Source: a virus. From it: a stretch of DNA of 64,000 nt. Position numbers and translations under genes: made by a program. The notes beneath the pieces were generated by a model. It saw nothing but the letters and a program-made list of their open reading frames with translations, did no database searches and was not told the origin of the DNA. Shown one piece after another: positions 57,636-64,000 of the stretch (position 1 is its first letter; each line of letters opens with the position of its first letter). The stretch spans positions 1 through 64,000 of IMG/VR virus record IMGVR_UViG_3300020446_001892. The stretch is one strand, 5' to 3'.

Positions 57636-57750
57636 AGAAAGAAAGTGTAAAAAGTGTGGCCACAGTTGCCATTGTTACCAACCAACCTGTGAAGATTGTG
57701 TGAATGACGTCTGCACAGGATGTGACTGCGAGGAGAAATATCATGAGTAA
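57619..57750 (+). CDS. 43-aa Cys-rich metallothionein-like peptide (missing from ORF track)
   Basis: MKMQGEERKCKKCGHSCHCYQPTCEDCVNDVCTGCDCEEKYHE (9 Cys, 3 His); overlaps both neighbours by a few codons. Confidence 0.7.
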   Translation: MKMQGEERKCKKCGHSCHCYQPTCEDCVNDVCTGCDCEEKYHE

Positions 57751-57895
57751 ATGGGATGATTGGTATCATAATCAAAATGATGCGACCCAGGCATGGTTCG
57801 ACGAACAATCAAAAAAAGATAACAATCTTATCTTAATGAGTATAGGTGTTGGATTCTTTTTTGGTTTTATTGTCGGCGCATTAGTTTTGCTTTGA
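57743..57895 (+). CDS. Small protein with C-terminal TM helix
   Basis: Start at 57743 with GAGGAG SD. Confidence 0.6.
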   Translation: MSKWDDWYHNQNDATQAWFDEQSKKDNNLILMSIGVGFFFGFIVGALVLL

Positions 57896-58088
57896 TATTA
57901 TTAAGTTCAGATTCTCTACTAGATTGATTGATATCAAGTTTTGGTTCTTTGCGGCCATCTGCATATTTTCCTAAGCCCATAGCCATTTGTGCATCGGCTA
58001 TTCTTCTTTTAAGTATTCGCACCCTGTCTTCAAGATCCATTTCATATTGGTCTATTTCTGTATTAACTTTTTTGAATAATCCAAACAT
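57867..58088 (-). CDS. Hypothetical coiled-coil protein
   Basis: TAATG-coupled to the cyclase stop. Confidence 0.6.
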   Translation of the reverse strand: MFGLFKKVNTEIDQYEMDLEDRVRILKRRIADAQMAMGLGKYADGRKEPKLDINQSSRESELNNIKAKLMRRQ

Positions 58089-60142
58089 TATTTTGTTGTA
58101 GCGATAAAAACGCCATTCCAATCTTTAGGTAAATCTTGTGTCTTCATATATTCACACCTTTCAATCCACATGTCATAGTATCCTTGCATTTTTCCATCAA
58201 AGTGATTGTGTATTTTATTACATATCTCAATAGCTTTATCAAACTGTTGAGCCTTATATGCTACATGCATGTCCTGATGGTAACGTCTTGTAGTATTCCA
58301 AGCAGGTTTAGAATTATCCAAGACAGTCCATATTCCTATACCTACAGTTTTTCCTTTAACTGCTAGGTCATCTATTTTTAAGTAAAAGAAGTCGTCTTTG
58401 GTTTGTTGATAAGTTGCATCACCAACAAGTAGTACACAACCATACTCTTTACATTTACTTTCTATACGTGCGGCTGTGCTAACACTATCGCCTAGTACAT
58501 CGTATGAGTGTCGTTGCGTGGATCCCATCTCTCCAAGATATCCAAGTCCAGTATTGATACCAGCACCCATACCAACGGGAGGTCTTCCTTCAGAAGTGAT
58601 TTTATCATTAAATTTCTCCACTGCATGTAACATATTAAGTCCGCATTGAACTGCTGTTTTAGGATGTTCTGGATCATCTATAGGTGCATTGTGTACATGC
58701 ATACTTGCATCACCTATATACTTTATAACCATACCATCACTATCTAATATAGGTTGTGTGATTGCATCCATGTATCCATTCATTATTTTTGTAAGTCCTT
58801 TTACATCATCACCAAATGATTCACCAAGAGGTGTAAAACCTCTTAGATCAGAAAAGCAAATACTTACTTCTTTTTTCATACCATCTTTGATTAACGAAGG
58901 ATTTTCTTGTAGCATACGCACAACAGTTGGTGAAGCATATCCAGCAAATTGTTTTTTAATTTTTTGCTTTTCAAAAAACTCTAATACAAATCTATTAAAG
59001 ATAGCATGTAATCCTACAATTAATACTGTCAACACAGGCATAGTAGCGTCAAGAAGATATAGATAATTTATCCAAGCATAATATACACCATATACTAAAC
59101 CACCTGTAAATGCTACTATAGACAACCCCGAAAACCAGTAAGGAGTAAATCTTGCAATCAGCACAAGGGCTATGCCCACGACTGCCGTTGTCAATAACTC
59201 TACGAGTAAAGCCCAAAAAGGCCTTGTTATTTGGTCTCCGTCTATTACTGTCTGTAATGTTACGGCGGCTGGTATGTAATTATATTGTGGGCCGTTGGGA
59301 CTTGCAATCAAACCACCTATACCTTCTGCTGTGACTCCTATAATGACAGTTTTGCCTTGAAAATTACTAAACATATCTGGATTAGATGCACTTATTGTTT
59401 CAAATTTTTTATTCCATCGTAACCAAATTTGTCCGTTAGGGTCAGTTTTAATTATAGGGTAACCAGGAACACGCACAGCTTCAATTCCACCTTCATTAGC
59501 TTTTATTTGATAACTAGGGTTTCCTGTAGCTGTCCGTATTACTTCAACTGCTAAAGCAGGATACGTATCTTCCCCGATACGCATAAGGAGAGGCACTCTA
59601 CGCACTACGCCATCAATTTCGGGGTTAGTGTTCAGTACACCAACACCGTCAGCATTGTCTCCTAGCAGTTTTATTGGTCCTAACATACCTTGCCATTCAA
59701 AAAGATATGGCAATGGATTTCCAATTTTCGCAACACCTCTTGGGACCGCGTTACGATTCATACCAGTAATAGTACCTGTTTGTGCAATTACTATTCCGTT
59801 ATCTACAAGTGCTTGAGCCAAATCAATATCTCCACCAAGTCTATCTGGTTCTGACATAATGATTGGAAGTACTATAATACCTGCACCTGCTTCGCGAAGT
59901 TTCCAGATTATATCTGCAAGGACATCACGCTTCCAGGGCCATTGTCCATACTTTTCAATGGCGGCTTCGTCGATAGTAACAATGCCAACATCCTGGGAAA
60001 CTACTTGCTCGCTCGTGTTTTGTAATAGATCAAACTGCTTGAGCCTTGCTGTTTGAACAACAGTACTATCCCCGTAGTGAATAATTAACATCACTATAGC
60101 CGTAATAAAAGCTATTGTCCAATGTGTGATCCATTTCTTCAT
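58088..60142 (-). CDS. CHASE2-domain membrane adenylate/guanylate cyclase (class III)
   Basis: TIDE..I.KYGQWPW.R and DGVVRR (CHASE2); 3 TMs; FSDLRGFT, KYIGD, GAGINTG, YDVLGDSVSTAARIE. Confidence 0.93.
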   Translation of the reverse strand: MKKWITHWTIAFITAIVMLIIHYGDSTVVQTARLKQFDLLQNTSEQVVSQDVGIVTIDEAAIEKYGQWPWKRDVLADIIWKLREAGAGIIVLPIIMSEPDRLGGDIDLAQALVDNGIVIAQTGTITGMNRNAVPRGVAKIGNPLPYLFEWQGMLGPIKLLGDNADGVGVLNTNPEIDGVVRRVPLLMRIGEDTYPALAVEVIRTATGNPSYQIKANEGGIEAVRVPGYPIIKTDPNGQIWLRWNKKFETISASNPDMFSNFQGKTVIIGVTAEGIGGLIASPNGPQYNYIPAAVTLQTVIDGDQITRPFWALLVELLTTAVVGIALVLIARFTPYWFSGLSIVAFTGGLVYGVYYAWINYLYLLDATMPVLTVLIVGLHAIFNRFVLEFFEKQKIKKQFAGYASPTVVRMLQENPSLIKDGMKKEVSICFSDLRGFTPLGESFGDDVKGLTKIMNGYMDAITQPILDSDGMVIKYIGDASMHVHNAPIDDPEHPKTAVQCGLNMLHAVEKFNDKITSEGRPPVGMGAGINTGLGYLGEMGSTQRHSYDVLGDSVSTAARIESKCKEYGCVLLVGDATYQQTKDDFFYLKIDDLAVKGKTVGIGIWTVLDNSKPAWNTTRRYHQDMHVAYKAQQFDKAIEICNKIHNHFDGKMQGYYDMWIERCEYMKTQDLPKDWNGVFIATTK

Positions 60143-60149
60143 ACAATAT

Positions 60150-60410
60150 TTATTCTTTAATGATTTTGTCTATGTCAGCATCGGTCCACTTATTTTTTTT
60201 GTGATCTCTATCTTTGAATAATAATGCCGCTCTGTCTGCATACAATGTCTTAGGACAGCGATAATTCTTAAGTGTGCTTGCAAATTCTCTTGAGGAATCT
60301 TGGCATTGGTAAAAACAATACAAATCTTCACGTTTTATTCGCTGTGTTACTAATGTACATTGTAACATTCCTGCCATTGCTAATTCAATGATCATAAATG
60401 TAATCTCCAT
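60150..60410 (-). CDS. Small Cys-containing hypothetical protein
   Basis: 86-aa ORF with 4 Cys. Confidence 0.55.
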   Translation of the reverse strand: MEITFMIIELAMAGMLQCTLVTQRIKREDLYCFYQCQDSSREFASTLKNYRCPKTLYADRAALLFKDRDHKKNKWTDADIDKIIKE

Positions 60411-60615
60411 CTTTCACATATACTGGTTTACAGTATGCAGTTATCCTATGTTCGGCAGGCACTAAATCTTTATATCTATAATTACCGTACTGTTTGGGAA
60501 TACGTTTTGCATAATAATGACATACATCTATGCTCCGAAAATACATAGGATTTGGTTGTTGTTTTGCAGTTTCACCTGATCCTAAAATTACTATTAGTAA
60601 AAAAGCATGTATCAA
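60385..60615 (-). CDS. Small exported hypothetical protein
   Basis: Hydrophobic N-terminus; YF....C...YC.P. Confidence 0.6.
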   Translation of the reverse strand: MIHAFLLIVILGSGETAKQQPNPMYFRSIDVCHYYAKRIPKQYGNYRYKDLVPAEHRITAYCKPVYVKDGDYIYDH

Positions 60616-60911
60616 CGCACAAGCCTCCTATCGTTACGTCTTGAATTTGTTTTCTTTTTAGGCTCTTCTTCCTTTTCCCAGTCTAACTTAGGCTCTCTTG
60701 TTTTTTTTACTTCTGCTTTTAATTTATATTCTTCTCTAGTGTCAAGTTGCGTTTGAAACATTGCTCTTACTTCAGGAGCATTTTTTGTTGCTGATAAAAA
60801 GAATAGTATGCCTGACCATCCATTTCCTTTAAATATTAAATGGTCACCTTTATAAAGTTTGCCCGTACCGTAATCATAATCGTAGACAAAGTCCTTATAA
60901 ACATAACGCAC
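60612..60911 (-). CDS. Hypothetical protein
   Basis: 99-aa coupled ORF. Confidence 0.55.
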   Translation of the reverse strand: MRYVYKDFVYDYDYGTGKLYKGDHLIFKGNGWSGILFFLSATKNAPEVRAMFQTQLDTREEYKLKAEVKKTREPKLDWEKEEEPKKKTNSRRNDRRLVR

Positions 60912-61393
60912 TAGAACAATCCTTTGGCCTTCCCTATAAAAATAAACATGCCGCCTACAAATACAACTAATACTAAAAGTAAAAATGCTATTGCAACACC
61001 ATCTAATAGTGCTTTTCTACGTTGCATTTGTTTATAAACTGTTTCCTCTCTTTGCTTACGAATTTTTCTTCTCATATCTTTGAGTTCTTCCATTGTGCCA
61101 TAACCAAATCTTAAATTTAGTAAAGCACCTAATTCTTTTTCTTGCTCCATTAATTTTTTTTCGTGTATTAAAAGTGCAAGAGCTTCTTCTTCTACAGAAC
61201 CTGCTGCAAAAAGTTTTTTAAATATAGGGGGTTTCTTTTGAGCTTGTTGAGCATGACGGAAGTCACTTGCGGCAGTATACCATTTTCCAAGCTGACTTGC
61301 TACTTGCTCAAATTCTTGACCAGCGTTAACAAATTTTTTTACTGTGCCAAATGCCGCGGTTGCCGCACTTATGGCAGTGATAGGATCTATCAT
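60911..61393 (-). CDS. Coiled-coil protein with C-terminal TM helix
   Basis: MIDPITAISAATAAF N-terminus; GGAGG SD and TAAATA. Confidence 0.7.
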   Translation of the reverse strand: MIDPITAISAATAAFGTVKKFVNAGQEFEQVASQLGKWYTAASDFRHAQQAQKKPPIFKKLFAAGSVEEEALALLIHEKKLMEQEKELGALLNLRFGYGTMEELKDMRRKIRKQREETVYKQMQRRKALLDGVAIAFLLLVLVVFVGGMFIFIGKAKGLF

Positions 61394-61442
61394 TGGGAAC
61401 CCTCCAATGGTATTTAACTACTAATATATCTCAATTAAGTGT

Positions 61443-61865
61443 TTAGTTAATATTGCACCAATACTGTTCTGCACCTGGCTGGAGAGACTCACAACCTCGT
61501 ATTAGTAATTCTAGCATTACAGGAAGATCCTGTGCTATGCCTGTAATTATTGCAAGTATAATAAACAAGAAAAATAATATGAAAGGGCTTAGTAACATCA
61601 ACCACCAATAGGTTCTAAATATTCCGTGTCCGTGTGCTTTACGATATTCACGTTTACGAGCAAACCAATGTACTATTGCTCTTGCTAAACGCTTGAGTCC
61701 GCCTACAAACCAGTCACCTATAAAATGTCTAATAATTCTAACTATTATAAGAACAGGACTTGCAATTACTTCCCAAATCAAAAGTAATGCATCTACTACA
61801 AGGTCAACAACATGATCGATTGTCCACCATTCTTTAAATCTTTGCCAGCGGCTTTTCTGTGCCAT
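61443..61865 (-). CDS. Membrane protein
   Basis: Two hydrophobic segments; TAAATA 4 nt before the ATG. Confidence 0.65.
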   Translation of the reverse strand: MAQKSRWQRFKEWWTIDHVVDLVVDALLLIWEVIASPVLIIVRIIRHFIGDWFVGGLKRLARAIVHWFARKREYRKAHGHGIFRTYWWLMLLSPFILFFLFIILAIITGIAQDLPVMLELLIRGCESLQPGAEQYWCNIN

Positions 61866-61872
61866 GCTGTAT

Positions 61873-62946
61873 TTAGTTTTGTGTTATTGTTATACCACAA
61901 CCGTTTGCATTGGTACATGTACCGGTTAGGTTGTATGTTTTGTTTGAATTGGCTGTTTGATCTAGGTCTAGGTTGTAACCTCCGCCTGCATTTGTTAGGT
62001 CAATGTTTGTGGTGTGATTTCCATAACGTTGAAAAATATCCACTGTATGTCCATCGTCTAATACTACGTCTGCAAACTGTGTATCAGTATTGCCACGTTG
62101 AAGTAAAGTAACATCATTGTTATCGCCGTTAATTTCTACAAATCCTTCATGTTCGCCACTACCACGTTGTGTATGATGAACAGTATTGCTATCACCTGTT
62201 ATATAGTTTGCTATATGTAACCCACCTTTATTGTTATCATCTGTTTGATAACTTTCAAGAGTATTGTTGCTACCACTTACTATCCAGTATACGTCATTAT
62301 CGCCTGTTTCGTTAGCATCTACTGTTCCGTCTTCATGCTTGCCTTGCCAGGCCTTAACGGTATTATTGCTTCCATTCACTGTGACTGTGTTAATGTTGTT
62401 ACTTTGTTCATGTATTTGTATATCAATACTATTTGTACTACCATCTAATACTTCTGTATACACTGTGTTAGTGTCACCTTCGTCTATAGTGACTGTAATT
62501 GTATTATTTACATCACCGCCATTTCCTATTTCTGTATGAGTAACATTACTATCTCCGTCAATAGTTACAGACATATCATTATTGTTACCGTGATTATCCA
62601 TAGCACTAATATTAGAATTACCTTGCTGTGTCAAAGTCATTTGTTGATTACCGCCGTGTGTCCATAGCCCTGCACGATTGTTGTTACCTTGTTGTGTTAA
62701 TGTAAAGGTTTTGTTATTGCCACCTAGATAAGCATCACCACTTGTAGTGTTAAGACTACGAACTTTGTTATCTTGGCCGTCTTGAGTTATAGTGGCAGTG
62801 AAATGATCACCTACCTGGTTTATATAAAGATCGTTAGCCCAACTAATTGTTGGACTGTTGAATATTAATACTATTAGTGCCTTCTGAACCCAACCTGTAG
62901 TCATAGATTTCAAAGTCTCCTTGTTTAACATCAATTGTATAATCAT
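61873..62946 (-). CDS. Curlin-like (CsgA/CsgB-type) repeat protein, secreted
   Basis: Signal peptide ending ISWA (likely start 62904-62913); many N-x5-Q-x-G-x2-N-type repeats; N/G/T/Q-rich. Confidence 0.75.
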   Translation of the reverse strand: MIIQLMLNKETLKSMTTGWVQKALIVLIFNSPTISWANDLYINQVGDHFTATITQDGQDNKVRSLNTTSGDAYLGGNNKTFTLTQQGNNNRAGLWTHGGNQQMTLTQQGNSNISAMDNHGNNNDMSVTIDGDSNVTHTEIGNGGDVNNTITVTIDEGDTNTVYTEVLDGSTNSIDIQIHEQSNNINTVTVNGSNNTVKAWQGKHEDGTVDANETGDNDVYWIVSGSNNTLESYQTDDNNKGGLHIANYITGDSNTVHHTQRGSGEHEGFVEINGDNNDVTLLQRGNTDTQFADVVLDDGHTVDIFQRYGNHTTNIDLTNAGGGYNLDLDQTANSNKTYNLTGTCTNANGCGITITQN

Positions 62947-63997
62947 ACTGTCTATTTAATCTCATACGGATAAAACCACCTTGTTCAAAATCTTCACGTT
63001 GCCATACCCAATATGGTTCTATTATGTCTAGTCTTATTTGAGTTTTAGGATCAAATCCAACTTGTGGTACGTTACTCAACAGCCTTTCGTTTTGTAAAGC
63101 CAACTCGTCTTTAAACAATGCGGCAAGAGCTTCATTTAATTTGTCTAACATATCATGAAGCATATCAGCTAACATAAAAGCAGTTTCATCTAGTGCTGTG
63201 ACCCATATACCTTCGATACTATCAGTTAGAGCATCACCTTCTAAAAAGTCAACTTCTAAAAAATCAATACCAAGGAAGTCTGCTAATTTTCTCTTCTTTA
63301 GTTGTTCTTCTTCGTTGTAATCTTCAATTGGTGAACGTTTACGAAGTATAAGTAAATTGTTTATCATATCTTCTGAAATCTTGAGGATAACTGGCGGCGT
63401 AGGTTTTCTCATGTTATGTGTAGTTTGCGTTGATTGGAATGCCTGATTCATCATCACTATACCAGCATCAGTTTCAACTGTTATTTCTCCTACAAAACAT
63501 GCACCTGCTACATCGCAACTTGGAAGTAATGTAATCATACTGCCACCAAATTCATCAACTACCATAATAAAGTCTGTTCCTCTTACTCCTATAGTAGCAC
63601 TAGGTGTTCTAATTTTTACATTTTGTTTGTATCTTTTTGCTATTTGTCCAGATGCATATCTTACAGTGCCAAGACTCGCTTTTAATGATAGTGTACCTAG
63701 ATCTCTACTAGGATCATACACAAATTCGTCTATTACTAATCTTGACTGTTCTGTAAGTTCTACTCTTGTTTGATCTATGAAATTAATTTTCATAGTGCCT
63801 TTTGCAGTTACAGCAGTGTCCATGCTTTCAACACCCACGCCTGCTTTACCCTCTATGATTACGGTAGATCCGCGTTCAATAACTCCAGAACCCTTAACTT
63901 GTCCGATCTCTCCAACATTTGGATATGCAGGAGTAACCAATAAAGCAAATAAAACTAGTAAGCCTAACATCAACCATGTAAATTTGTTAGGCGCCAT
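62843..63997 (-). CDS. FecR-domain periplasmic protein
   Basis: Signal/TM segment; F.D.T.V.L.E.S, L..GTVR, IRTPSATIGVRGTDF FecR signature. Confidence 0.88.
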   Translation of the reverse strand: MAPNKFTWLMLGLLVLFALLVTPAYPNVGEIGQVKGSGVIERGSTVIIEGKAGVGVESMDTAVTAKGTMKINFIDQTRVELTEQSRLVIDEFVYDPSRDLGTLSLKASLGTVRYASGQIAKRYKQNVKIRTPSATIGVRGTDFIMVVDEFGGSMITLLPSCDVAGACFVGEITVETDAGIVMMNQAFQSTQTTHNMRKPTPPVILKISEDMINNLLILRKRSPIEDYNEEEQLKKRKLADFLGIDFLEVDFLEGDALTDSIEGIWVTALDETAFMLADMLHDMLDKLNEALAALFKDELALQNERLLSNVPQVGFDPKTQIRLDIIEPYWVWQREDFEQGGFIRMRLNRQYDYTIDVKQGDFEIYDYRLGSEGTNSINIQQSNN

Positions 63998-64000
63998 ACT

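Noticed and set aside
57605-57808. Minus-strand 67-aa ORF and the extended plus ORF starting at 57704
   Set aside because: The region is better explained by the plus-strand Cys-rich ORF 57619-57750 and a start at 57743 with a strong SD
1-64000. CRISPR array, integrase/transposase, reverse transcriptase (DGR/retron), introns or inteins
   Set aside because: No regularly spaced nucleotide repeats or diagnostic motifs seen; ligase, ClpA, clamp loader and ThyX are of normal length
1-64000. Bacterial chromosome origin, suggested by clpA, clpP, hemE, infA, tilS and def
   Set aside because: These genes are interleaved with virion, lysis and T4-like replication genes and TAAATA late promoters, with no bacterial operon context

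Overview
AT-rich, densely coding 64-kb segment, almost all on the minus strand, of a large lytic T4-like or jumbo myovirus. The host is probably a marine alphaproteobacterium, inferred from the FdxA, YccA/BI-1, Prx and HemE types. Contents: a virion tail/baseplate module (including a 2964-aa fibre protein and a subtilisin-like protease); a lysis cassette (GH19 endolysin plus Rz/Rz1 spanins); proteostasis genes (clpA, clpP, DnaJ-like, groES, PPIase, def); replication and nucleotide genes (clamp loader, ligase, thyX, MazG, exonuclease, DnaE fragment, uvsE, DNA methyltransferase); auxiliary genes (phoH, fdxA, IscA-like, hemE, pyrD-like, queD, Prx, tilS, infA); four tRNAs; and a FecR/curlin/CHASE2-cyclase cluster. 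The main candidate for an undescribed system is at 45617-45945. A promoter drives a 19-codon leader peptide with adjacent Trp-Cys codons, followed by alternative RNA pairings and an intrinsic terminator that abuts tRNA-Trp and tRNA-Cys. This looks like a ribosome-stalling attenuator controlling the tRNAs it senses. About a dozen genes also appear to be leaderless late transcripts (TAAATA-N4/5-ATG). All calls come from reading motifs by eye; no searches were run.
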